Below are positions 47,979 through 60,418 of a DNA stretch of 64,000 bases, piece by piece. Position numbers and translations under genes: made by a program. Source of the stretch: Macrostomum hystrix (lineage: Eukaryota; Animalia; Platyhelminthes); NCBI GenBank assembly GCA_950097015.1, contig CATNEN010000008.1, positions 186,001-250,000 of the forward strand, read 5' to 3'. The first letter of the stretch is position 1. The number at the start of each line of letters is the position of its first letter. A model generated the notes under the pieces. It saw only the letters and a program-made list of their open reading frames with translations, was not told the DNA's origin and ran no database searches.

Positions 47979-50900
47979 TTTCGCATACTGACCAGCGCAA
48001 CATCACTGGCCATTTTAATTCGATTGCGAATGCCACATTTTACTTCCTAACCCACGCCATGTACTTTTTTATAGTTTTCCCATATTAGATTTAGCAGCAG
48101 TAGATTCGCTTTCATGTTCTGAATAGTTGTTTGCATCAGAAAAGCAGGAAAAATTACATCTAGCCGCAGCTATTGTACGGCACATCCAAAGATTGTGTAC
48201 AGCTGTTCAGTCCATGGACTGGGGAGGTCGTCACACCCAGTTTAATAAATATGCAATATATCTATGGCTGTGATCGAATAATAAAGCATTGGAAAATGAG
48301 AAACTAATGAGTTCATATCGAAAGGGATGATATTTAACGGGAAAGAAATCCCATACAGATGGGGATCAGGGATAAGCTGTCAGGTGTGGGCCCACACTGA
48401 AATCACAGTGCCCCAAATTCTCTCTCCGGCGACCTTCTCAAATTGACTGAGTCAACTTTCGCTCTCAAGAACGGGCCCCCCATCTCCTCATCCTTGGAAT
48501 AGCCAGTACAAGTGCGTGGACAAACACTGCCATGTACACACTCCGTCTGCTCTCAGTTCCGAGCTCATATATGCATAAGGAGGGAGAATTGAGAATTGAG
48601 GCCAAACTGATTAATTCTGAAGGATCTGCTGATCCCCCAGCTCCACAGTTCCCTGAGAAATAAGCAATTGTCTGATCCTAATCCTCAATACTTTCTGCTG
48701 GAGGGGGCACCTGAGGCAGCAGATTTCCCGCCGGGCAAACAGAACCGCTCAACTTCCACCCAACCCAGGCTCACTCTGCTCATGCAGGTAAGGAGGCCAA
48801 ACACTAGAAATGGGATCTAAAGCTTTTGCGGTGGGGATATTTTATCGGGGATTTTTCCAGAAATTTTCTTCTATCCTACAGTCCAACTGCCAACATTTGT
48901 TTCTTAATTTAGCTGTGAGATTGCGACAACGGCTTAGGATTTCGACATTTCTAATATTACAAAGGTCACCTTACGGTCTCGGCCATACATATAAGAATTT
49001 CTATTTACGTTTGTTATTAAATTTTTATAACTGTGTTACGATTGGGGGTCGGTGGCAGAGCGGTCAACGCGTTTGCCTTTCGCACCGAGGTCCCTGAGCT
49101 CGATTCCGCGGCGAGGCCACATTCATTTGGGGCGCAGCCGCGGAGAGAAGGCATTGGGGGCTTGTCGTGCAATTTACGCCCTTGAGGGCCAACCTCCAAG
49201 GCACAGTGAGAGTGTACTCTGCCTGACGATGAGAAAGTCAGGGCAGATGTACACACCTGTACGTGTGGGTATTTGTGTGTGTGCGCGTGTGCTCAGGAGT
49301 CAGCGAAATGGGCAGAATAGCCTCCTAGCTGGCTGTGGGTCTAGTGCAGGGGTAGGCAAACTTATTTGCTGGCGGGCCAAAGAGAGAACCTAAAAGACGA
49401 CAGTGGGCCGCATTGACTGTATAAATATGAGATAGGGGAGAGATGAGACACGGGAGAGATTAGACACGGGAGAGATAAGACACGAGAGCGATGAGACACG
49501 GGAGAGATTAGACACGAGAGCGATGAGACACAGGAGAGATTAGACACGGGAGAGATAAGACACGGGAGAGATGAGACACGAGAGCGATGAGACACAGGAG
49601 AGATGAGACACGGGAGAGATTAGACAGGAGAGAGATGAAACAGGACACTGTAGATGTCAGAAGGGGCAACGGGCCGGATTTGGGAGCTTCAAGGGCCGCA
49701 TCTTGCCCGCGGGCCGGAGTTTGCCGACCCCTGGTCTAGTGTCACTAAATTCTATACCATTGTCCACAGCGCTCCTGCAGTTATTATTAATATGATTAAT
49801 ATTTTTATTGTTCACTTACGATTCTGTCTGGCTGACTGGTACCATTTTACTATGCTACTAGCACTTACCAGTTTCTCTTGTTGATTAAGAACTGCAGAAA
49901 AGCTAATTTATTGCTTCTATTTACAGCCCAATCAAATTGGTTTCCCATAGCAGACCTGAAAACTCAGATTCCGATGCTGTTGTCCACCTGTCTGATGTCC
50001 TTATCACCCCGCTCCATAATTTATTGGCGCCATTATTAACATACACCTGATATACAAGAGAGTCTTTGTTCCCACCCACCTCCACTTATCTATGGCTTAC
50101 AGCTGATTAATTTGGTGCCACACCGGTAAAATGCATTTTATTATAACAAAGGAACATTTTCCTGAACAGCTATATGCGCAGTTTTTATAACACTTGGAAC
50201 ACTGCTGATGACCAACAGGAAGTGGAAGGAGACATTTCTTCAAAAGATTTATAGCCGCGCGATTGTACAAGATTGTAAAACTTGCTTGAAATTGTTTCGC
50301 GGCCTGTATATTTATATGAAAACTGCAAGCATAGGGCCAATTCTAGTCTGCATATTTTCTTACCAAGAACTGCAGAATAAGATGCCAAAGCAAGACAGAA
50401 TGTTTCTAAACTGCCTCATGATCCCATATCCCATATATTAGTTAGCCTTATCAAATAGCTAACACCTGTCAGTGGGCTATAAATCAAAACTTGCGAATAT
50501 TATAACGGCGGAAGGAACGCGGAGAAGGGCAGAATAATTACAGTGGGATCATTCTTTTACTTCTTCCCTCACCTATATTCCGAAGTCAAGAGAATCTGTT
50601 CCCACAATTATCTAAAATTCTCTGAAACCGTTAAAACAGGTAATAATTACTTGGGGAGCCGATATTAAAAAATCGGGAATATTTTATGCCAGCCATTCGC
50701 ATTGTCTGTTCTGACCATTGATCATCGCACAAAATTTCACTAATAAGTTATTAGGCTTGGTGCCGGGATGAAAATCCCAATTGAGCAGTTGGTTTCTGTT
50801 GAGTTCTGTTCTATAATACGAGTCGTGCCGAATTTTTCGTTACCCGCGTGACAACTGCTAAGTTTACCCTCGGTGTGTGATTTAGAAATGATGAATTATG

Positions 50901-53900
50901 CCAATCAAATTGGGATTTTAGTTTTGCGAATAACCCTAAAATATCCCCTGTAAATAGAAAGGGAGTTGCGAGTTTTGGCTAGTGGGGGAAATTAAATTTT
51001 TTTGCCTAAGGATAATTTCTGTCACTCTGGTTTGTGTCATATTGGTCCATTTTGAGTTCGGAGCTCGGCATGTTTGAGCAGCTGGTTTTGCGTGAGTTTT
51101 GGTTTGAGTCTAAAGTCTTTTGTCCCACTCAAATGCAGGGCCAGAACTAATTGAAAAAACAAAGGAATGAATGAAAAATGCAACGAGAATCAGCTGATCA
51201 AAGGGAATCCGCCCAAGGAATCAGCTAATATAACAAAGGGAATCCGCCCAAGGAATCAGCTGATATAACAAAGGGAATCCGCCCAAGGAATCAGCTGATA
51301 TAACAAAGGGAATCCGCCCAAGGAATCAGCTGATATAACAAATGGAATCCGCCTAAGGAATCAGCTAATATAACAAAGGGAATCCGCCCAAGGAATCAGC
51401 TGATATAACAAAGGGAATCCGCCCAAGGAATCAGCTAATATAACAAAGGGAATCCGCCCAAGGAATCAGCTGATATAACAAAGGGAATCCGCCCAAGGAA
51501 TCAGTTGATATAGCAAAGGGAATCCGCCCAAGGAATCAGCTAATATAACAAAGGGAATCCGCCCAAGGAATCAGCTGATATAACAAAGGGAATCCGCCAA
51601 AACAATTAAAGGCTTAGGAACGGAAAAATGAACAAGTTCAGAAGAAAAACTTGTTAAGGAATGCAAAAAAGTAATGTTCTAATTGGCTGTTCGTAATTCT
51701 TAGTTTTAGGCCTACTACAAACAGTTTGGCTTCTGCAGTGCTAGTGGCTGGTATCCGTGTATCTGTCCGAAGTCTTGTCCGTTCGTCCTGCAGACTTAGG
51801 CAATACTGTGAAGTGTTCTAAAATACAATTAGGCTATGACCGCCACTTATAGAATTCCTGTAGTAAGGATCAATTTGGTGGTTGCCATGGCCAGACACGA
51901 AGAAGAGGGGCTTCGCTCGAATTTCGGACAATCGAAAATGTTTAGTCGCAAGTGCACAATGAATAATGAATGGGATGTTAATTGCAAATTCCATTTTCTG
52001 TGCGCACGGGTGAAACTGTTTTTTCGACATTTTTGGGATAATAACTTTTGGGTAACTGCCAGAGATATGTATATATAGATAAATTAACCCGCTGTGTGTG
52101 TGTATCTAGCTGTGTTTACAACATACTGCATAACCCCTCCAATCTTGAGAAATCAGCAATATAGGAAATTTATTTTTCTATTGCTTATTAAGCTTCCATT
52201 TGTGTATTTATCGTCATGTCCAAAACGGTCAATAGATAGCTAATAGCCTAAGACATGGTAGGTCCACTCGCCTAGTGACTAACCATCAGCTATACATATC
52301 GGCCATTCGCTTTGTAGGCTGACCAGTGTGTATACACACTATACTATAGATAATTGTTATACAATATACAAACCTGCCTAGTTCAAGCTTTTTAGGGTTT
52401 GTCAAAGATGACGCAATCTTAGAAATCTGCAGTTTCCATGCGCGGCCCTTAATTGTCGGACGAAACGATACGAGAAGTTTTTTGTTGGTCCGCTGCGCCA
52501 GTTTATAACTACCTGCCTGTTCAAAGCCGATATTAGGGGGCCTAGAGACAATATCTGGCGCCTAAGCTACAATTATAACACCTTTCAGGCGTACAGTTTT
52601 TCTTATACTAGTCGCTACTTAATTTCGTTTCCATGTTTAGTCTATGGCACCAAATTGTCTTCATTCGTCTATGGTCGGACAGCTCGGTGATTCGGAATTT
52701 TCTAAAAAGCACTAATCAATCATTTTTTATTAGTTGCCTTTCTTATCTCAAATGGTTGCACAAGTTAACAAATAAAGAATGAAATAAAAGGGGTAGAGTG
52801 AGATGAAGGGGTGGAGTGAGATGAAGGGGTAGAGTGAGATGAAGGGGTAGAGTGAGATGAAGGGGTGGAGTGAGATGAAGGGGTAGAGTGTGATGAAGGG
52901 GTAGAGTGAGATGAAGGGGTGGAGTGAGATGAAGGGGTAGAGTGAGATGAAGGGGTAGAGTGAGATGAAGGGGTAGACTGAGATGAAGGGGTAGAGTGAG
53001 ATGAAGGGGTAGAGTGAGATGAAGGGGTAGAGTGAGATGAAGGGGTAGAGAGAGATGAAGGGGTGGAGTGAGATGAAGGGGTAGACTGAGATGAAGGGGT
53101 AGAGTGTGATGAAGGGGTAGAGTGAGATGAAGGGGTAGAGTGAGATGAAGGGGTAGAGTGTGATGAAGGGGTAGAGTGAGATGAAGGGGTAGAGTGAGAT
53201 GAAGGGGTGGAGTGAGATGAAGGGGTAGAGTGAGATGAAGGGGTAGAGTGAGATGAAGGGGTAGAGTGAGATGAAGGGGTAGACTGAGATGAAGGGGTGG
53301 AGTGAGATGAAGGGGTAGAGTGAGATGAAGGGGTAGAGTGAGATGAAGGGGTGGAGTGAGATGAAGGGGTAGACTGAGATGAAGGGGTAGACTGAGATGA
53401 AGGGGTAGAGTGAGATGAAGGGGTAGACTGAGATGAAGGGGTGGAGTGAGATGAAGGGGTAGAGTGAGATGAAGGGGTAGAGTGAGATGAAGGGGTGGAG
53501 TGAGATGAAGGGGTAGACTGAGATGAAGGGGTAGAGTGAGATGAAGGGGTAGAGTGAAATGAAGGGGTAGAGTCAGATGATGAGAGGCATAGATTGGGAT
53601 GAATTCAGTGAGAGTGGGATCAGGAGCTAGCGTGAGTAGAGAATCTAAAGCCTGCATCTCCAGATCCCCAGCCTGTCGCATAGCAACCGTGATGCGTCAG
53701 TGCACGCGAACCCGAAGATAAGTTCTGCATAGTGAAACTGCATTGTCATATGCCTGTGATATCCTGTGTGCCAAAGCAAGCCAGTGACCGCTCATGGGTA
53801 AGTGTGATCTCAGCCAAGCCATTCCCCATGGCTGCTGTATATATTTAGTGCTCAACGAAGCGCAACTCGAACTCCCTACGGAGCAGGAATTAATTGCTGA

Positions 53901-56900
53901 GCAAACAGTTTTTTAGTTTGAGCTCTCCCGCCAACGGGGGCCTCCTTATCGCCGTGTTTGCATCTGGATTCAATTCCCATAGGGTGAGATGAGGGGGATG
54001 TGGCAGCTTTCCCTTGTTTAATCCCGAAAAAAATCTGCACACGAGGTTCAACAATCGGGCTTGAGTTATCCACTTAGCCAGCTTAGATTTCAGCCAGGTT
54101 TTTATAGGATGAGATGAGATGAGAATAAAGTAACTGAGTTTGAGTATGGTTCACTGCTCAACCGATTTAATGAGTTCTTAGAGTATTCATAATATTATTC
54201 AATACGAGTAAAAAAATCTGAACAGATTTTTTCAATAATTAGGTTCTTTTTAAATTGTGATTATAATGTGAGGGCAAAAGTTGGGTCAATTTTTTTACTT
54301 GTGGACGATTTTTTTCGGTATAATTGCTCAAAAAATAAAAAGCTGCACCAAGCAGGACTTCGTGCCAATGTTTTTTCAATTTAATTGCCCTAATATTTTC
54401 CACTTTGAGTTGGTTCAGTCCTTGATATAAGTTTCCTGTTATCTGTCTGATATTTAATATGAGAACCATGATAGTTGTATGAGAATGAGAACCATGAGAA
54501 CTGAATGAGAATGAGAACCATGATTGTTGTATGAGAATGAGAACCATGATAGTTGTATGAGAATGAGAACCATGATTAGTTGTATGAGAATGAGAACCAT
54601 GATAGTTGTATGAGAATGAGAACCATGATAGTTGTATGAGAATGAGAATCATGATTAGTTGTATGAGAATGAGAACCATGATAGTTGTATGAGAATGAGA
54701 ACCATGATTAGTTGTATGAGAATGAGAACCATGATTGCTGTATGAGAATGAGAACCATGATAGTTGTATGAGAATGAGAACCATGATTAGTTGAATGAGA
54801 ATGAGAACCATGATTGCTGTATGAGAATGAGAACCATGATTAGTTGTATGAGAATGAGAACCATGATAGTTGTATGAGAATGAGAACCATGATTAGTTGA
54901 ATGAGAATGAGAACCATGATTGCTGTATGAGAATGAGAACCATGATTAGTTGTATGAGAATGAGAACCATGATTAGTTGTATGAGAATGAGAACCGTGAT
55001 TAGTTGTATGAGAATGAGAACCATGATTAGTTGTATGAGAATGAGAACCATTATTAGTTGTATGAGAATGAGAACCATGATAGTTGTATGAGAATGAGAA
55101 CCATGATAGTTGTATGAGAATGAGAACCATGATTAGTTGTATGAGAATGAGAACCATGATTGCTGTATGAGAATGAGAACCATGATTAGTTGTATGAGAA
55201 TGAGAACCATGATAGTTGTATGAGAATGAGAACCATGATAGTTGTATGAGAATGAGAACCATGATAGTTGTATGAGAATGAGAACCATGATTAGTTGTAT
55301 GAGAATGAGAACCATGATAGTTGTATGAGAATGAGAACCATGATTAGTTGTATGAGAATGAGAACCATGATAGTTGTATGAGAATGAGAACCATGATTAG
55401 TTGTATGAGAATGAGAACCATGATTAGTTGTATGAGAATGAGAACCATGATTAGTTGTATGAGAATGAGAACCATGATTAGTTGTATGAGAATGAGAACC
55501 ATGATTAGTTGTATGAGAATGAGAACCATGAGAACTGAATGAGAATGAGAACCATGATTGCTGTATGAGAATGAGAACCATGATTAGTTGTATGAGAATG
55601 AGAACCATTATTAGTTGTATGAGAATGAGAACCATGATTAGTTGTATGAGAATGAGAACCATGATTAGTTGTATGAGAATGAGAACCATTATTAGTTGTA
55701 TGAGAATGAGAACCATGATTAGTTGTATGAGAATGAGAACCATTATTAGTTGTATGAGAATGAGAACCATGATTAGTTGTATGAGAATGAGAACCATGAT
55801 TAGTTGTATGAGAATGAGAACCATTATTAGTTGTATGAGAATGAGAACCATGATAGTTGTATGAGAATGAGAACCATGATTAGTTGTATGAGAATGAGAA
55901 CCATGATTAGTTGTATGAGAATGAGAACCATGATTAGTTGTATGAGAATGAGAACCATGATAGTTGTATGAGAATGAAAACCATGATTAGTTGTATGAGA
56001 ATGAGAACCATGATTAGTTGTATGAGAATGAGAACCATGATTGCTGTATGAGAATGAGAACCATGATTAGTTGTATGAGAATGAGAACCATGAGAACTGA
56101 ATGAGAATGAGAACCATGATTAGTTGTATGAGAATGAGAACCATGATAGTTGTATGAGAATGAAAACCATGATTAGTTGTATGAGAATGAGAACCATGAT
56201 TGCTGTATGAGAATGAGAACCATGATTAGTTGTATGAGAATGAGAACCATGAGAACTGAATGAGAATGAGAACCATGATTAGTTGTATGAGAATGAGAAC
56301 CATGAGAACTGAATGAGAATGAGAACCATTATTAGTTGTATGAGAATGAGAACCATGATTGCTGTATGAGAATGAGAACCATGAGAACTGTATGAGAATG
56401 ATAATCATGAGACCTGCATGGTTAAAAAATTAAACAATTTTGAATTATGACAGAGAGAACAGAATGAGAAGGAGAAGCGGACGCGGTATACTTCAATACT
56501 CCAATGACAACACTGACCTCTAGTTGCAGCCTTGGGCTGGTGTCTCTTGATTTCCATCCATTTGAAAGGCGGCGAGCCACCGTTGCAGGCGCCTTCGAGG
56601 CCACCGCCGCCGCCGCCGCCGCTGCCTCCGCCGCCGCCGCTGCTGCTGCTGCTAGTGCTAGTGTTGTTGTTGCTACTGCCACTGCTGCTTGTTGAGGCAA
56701 GCGGTGCTGCGGAGCTCACGTTGACGGCGATGGCGTTGGTCGGTGACGGACTGACGCTGAGCTCGCTGCTGCTTCCGCCGCTGGGGCTAATGGGGCACGG
56801 ATGGAGATGACGGTGCAGTGGCTGCTGCTGCTGCTGCTGTTGCTGATGTCCAATGTAGTCAATCCCGCCGATATCGCCGCCCCACAGGGATGCGGAGGCC

Positions 56901-57363
56901 AGGGCAGCTGTCGTGCCAGGTGTGGCTTCTTGTTTGATGTACGTGACTGCTGCGGCGGCGGCCGCTACTGCCGCATTTGAGTACTGCTGATGGCACTGGG
57001 AATAGTACTGCTGCTGCTGCTGCTGATGATGATGATGCTGCTGATGCAGTTGTTGCTGCTGATGCTGCAGATGATGCTGGTGATGTTGAAGCTGCTGCTC
57101 GTGATTCTGAAGGTACAAATCGTACGGCGAGCTGATGTGATGATGCGTCTGCTGCTGCTGCAGCTGATGCTGCTGCTGGGTGGGTAATTGCTGATGATGC
57201 TGAAAGGCGGCAGCTGTCTGGTATGACTTCGCAGCCTCCATAAGCGACGGATGCTGCTGATAAGACAGGCCGTCCAGATTGCACAGAGTATAGCCACCGC
57301 TACCTGCAGAATTGATCATTCTCAATGCAGCAGTGGCCTTGCCTTCACTGCTACTCAGTAGCC

Positions 57364-57394
<31 letters not shown>

Positions 57395-57433
57395 GTTGTT
57401 GTTATTTTGACTGCGACTCAAAACTCCGGCCAT
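45853..57433 (-). CDS. lab: labial/Hox1 homeodomain protein, 2 exons (57433-56518, 46340-45853), ~467 aa
   Basis: Exon 2 carries [56 protein letters not shown], the diagnostic PG1 homeodomain. Exon 1 ends with the hexapeptide [13 protein letters not shown]. Phase-1 donor (AG/GTCAGT at 56517) and acceptor (TTTAACAG at 46341) join in frame; the intron is 10177 bp. Confidence 0.96.
47015..47620. repeat. GA-rich ~16-bp repeat (GAGAGAACGGGAGCGA)
   Basis: Directly visible; in labial intron. Confidence 0.92.
47930..47978. repeat. (CAG)n microsatellite, ~16 units
   Basis: Directly visible; intronic. Confidence 0.95.
49044..49780 (+). mobile_element. tRNA-derived SINE, copy 4, interrupted by a hAT MITE
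   Basis: Homologous to 4835-5155 from 49044 to 49346; resumes with (GTCTAGTG)TCACTAAA at 49734. Confidence 0.8.
49347..49733. mobile_element. hAT-superfamily MITE (387 bp) containing a GA-rich minisatellite
   Basis: TIRs CAGGGGTAGGCAAAC / GTTTGCCGACCCCTG; 8-bp TSD GTCTAGTG (49339-49346, 49734-49741); internal GAGATGAGACACGGGA-type repeat ~49430-49640. Confidence 0.92.
51200..51600. repeat. 35-bp tandem repeat (~11 copies)
   Basis: Unit AAAGGGAATCCGCCCAAGGAATCAGCTGATATAAC. Confidence 0.96.
52790..53577. repeat. 18-bp tandem repeat (~43 copies)
   Basis: Unit GAAGGGGTAGAGTGAGAT. Confidence 0.97.
54459..56408. repeat. 26/27-bp tandem repeat (~70 copies) ending ~110 bp from the labial exon-1 donor
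   Basis: Unit ATGAGAATGAGAACCATGATTAGTTGT. Confidence 0.97.
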
Positions 57434-57540
57434 TGATTATTTTGAAAGTTTGAGAATCGTTGAAATGTTTGAAGTCTCTCCTTTTCAAACCGAGGATTGC
57501 TTTTTAGCTTAGACAATTTTGCTTTGGTCGCCTAGCCTAG

Positions 57541-57900
57541 CCCCATTGGTGGGCGCAATCCCGGCCAATCAGGGCTGGAAGAAATTTCTAGACAGTCCCC
57601 CATCCAATTATTGGGAAACTCTGAGGGATGCGGGAGAGGCAGAGAGGCAGAGAGGTAGAGAGAGTAAAATCAAGAAGAAGAAAAAAAGAATTCGCAACCC
57701 CCGCCACCAAAAAAACGGGTGGCGGCCGCGGCTGTGGCGGCTGGCGCGGCGGCGGCGCCCTTTGATTTATGACTCTCCGCTCGCTCCCTCCCGCTGCCTC
57801 CAACAACAATGCGATCTAGCCCCAGCCGGTCCATGCAGCGGTGGCTGGGGCGGCGCCTACTGCTGGTGAAAAAGCTTCACTATCAAACTGATTTATGGCG
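57541..57900 (-). promoter_or_regulatory. labial proximal upstream region with CCAAT boxes and two Pbx/Exd-Hox composite-like sites
   Basis: CCATTGG/GGCCAATCA at ~57543-57572; TGATTTATGA 57763-57772 (overlapping CCTTTGAT TCF-like site); TGATTTATGG 57889-57898. Confidence 0.4.
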
Positions 57901-58289
57901 CAGCAGATCCCGCCCCTCTTCAGTACCCACCAGCCAGCTTCTATATATCCTTCCGTATACCTTTGCCGGCTGCCTTATGCTAAACTGATGATAAAAATGT
58001 AATAGTAAATTAGCTCCATTGACAATAGCCTCAATAAACAGAAAGGAGAGAGAGTTAACATGCTATTGAACAATAATATTGACTAAATTAAAATAAATCG
58101 CTTTGGTCTTTTGCAATAGACGAGCTCATTACTCACTGCTTGCTTGGGCACCGCTAGAATTTTAGAGGCTTGGGTTGCTGTGGGTCATAAATCTATTAGT
58201 GCCCGCCTGCCAGTGCTGCTTGTCAGACTTTTTCCATTGGCATTGGCCAAGTGCGAACGCCCGAACTGCACCCATTTAACCGAACTAAC

Positions 58290-58298
58290 TATCTATCC

Positions 58299-58383
<85 letters not shown>

Positions 58384-58395
58384 CCTATCTATCTA
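58290..58395. repeat. (ATCT)n microsatellite
   Basis: Directly visible. Confidence 0.95.
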
Positions 58396-59204
58396 TGAGG
58401 AGGCATGGATTGTGCAGCTAGCAGATGACTCTGTGGCCGAGATCAAAGGCCGCCGCCACCGTGTCAATGTCATTGGCGGTGTTTCACACGCAAACTACTC
58501 GCGCAGCAGCTTCAACTTCTCATCCGATTGGCCCTGTCTGCCCGGCTTCCTCTTTTTTTGAATTGTTGTTTGCGGCTTAATATCCCCATGGCCGTTGCAC
58601 ACCTCAAAGAGTTAACCCACTCTCCTCTCTCTCTCTCCATGAATTAGCCAGATCAAACTGGGAAGTTTGCCACAATGCCCTAATTCAAGAATTAATCCCT
58701 TCATGAGCAATGATGATGGCGCAGATTATACCAGAAAGTCAGGGGGCTGGCGGTATGAAGCAGCGAAATGGCGCCAAAGAGCTGACAGGGGGGTCCGTAG
58801 AAGAAAGAGATGAGGAAGGGAATAAATGGTTGTGGGATCAAATCCTCAACCGCATTAGCAGTCAGCGCATCGTTGTTGTATGCCCAGATAAATAATTTTC
58901 TATCCACAATGGTATCGATGTACACTGCATTATTTGTTGATCGGATGAGATCCATAGCGGACCTGGGTGGGGTGGGGGGTGAGGCGGCATCTACTGAAGT
59001 CAGAAGTCACGCAGTTTTGACGATGCATTGTAGAGGGGTAAGGTTTGAGAGTGACTGTATTTTTCTCACGGCTTAGCGCTAAATAAATAACCTACGATGC
59101 GATACATTCACACAAACTGTGATACATCTCAGTTTGTGTATCTATTTTTGTTTTCTAATCAACCTTTCACTACTCTATTAGCACTGCCTTTTTTGCTGCT
59201 TGTA

Positions 59205-60418
59205 GCTGCGGTTCTGTAGTGGCGGATTCTAGACGGGCGGATTCTGGAGGGGCGGATTCTGTAGGGGCGGATTCTAGACGGGCGGATTCTGGAGGGGCGG
59301 ATTCTGGAGGGCCGGATTCTTGAGCTGCGGTTCTGTAGGGGCGGATTCTGGAGGGGCGGATTCTGGAGGGGCGGATTCTGGAGGGGCGGATTCTGAAGGG
59401 CCGGATTCTGTAGGAGCGGATTCTGTAGGGGCGGATTCTTGAGCTGCGGTTCTGTAGGGGCGGATTCTGGAGGGGCGGATTCTGTAGGAGCGGATTCTTG
59501 AGCTGCGGTTCTGTAGGGGCGGATTCTGGAAGGGCGGATTCTGTAGGGGCGGATTCTGTAGGGGCGGATTCTGGAGGGGCGGATTCTGGAGGGGCGGATT
59601 CTGGAGGGTCGGATTCTGAAGGGCCGGATTCTGTAGGGGCGGATTCTTGAGCTGCGGTTCTGTAGTGGCGGATTCTGTAGGGGCGGATTCTGGAGGGGCG
59701 GATTCTGGAGGGGCGGATTCTGGAGGGGCGGATTCTTGAGCTGCGGTTCTGTAGGGGCGGATTCTGGAGGGGCGGATTCTGGAGGGGCGGATTCTGGAGG
59801 GCGGATTCTGGAGGGGCGGATTCTGGAGGGGCGGATTCTATAGGGGCGGATTTTGGAGGGCCGGATTCTGGAGGGCCGGATTCTGAAGGGCCGGATTCTG
59901 TAGGAGCGGATTCTGTAGGGGCGGATTCTTGAGCTACGGTTCTATAGGGGCGGATTCTGTAGGGGCGGATTCTGTAGGAGCGGATTCTTGAGCTGCGGTT
60001 CTGTAGGGGCGGATTCTGGAAGGGCGGATTCTGTAGGGGCGGATTCTGTAGGGGCGGATTCTGGAGGGGCGGATTCTGGAGGGGCGGATTCTGGAGGGTC
60101 GGATTCTGAAGGGCCGGATTCTGTAGGAGCGGATTCTGTAGGGGCGGATTCTTGAGCTGCGGTTCTATCGGGGCGGATTCTGTAGGGGCGGATTCTGTAG
60201 GGGCGGATTCTTGAGCTGCGGTTCTATAGGGGCGGATTCTGGAGGGGCGGATTCTGTAGGGGCGGATTCTTGAGCTGCGGTTCTGTAGGGGCGGATTCTG
60301 GAAGGGCGGATTCTGTAGGGGCGGATTCTGTAGGGGCGGATTCTGGAGGGGCGGATTCTGGAGGGGCGGATTCTGTAGGGGTGGATTCTGGAGGTGCGGA
60401 TTCTGTAGGGGCGGATTT
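59205..60418. repeat. 15-bp GC-box-containing minisatellite (~80 copies)
   Basis: Unit ~GGGGCGGATTCTG(T/G)A. Confidence 0.97.
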
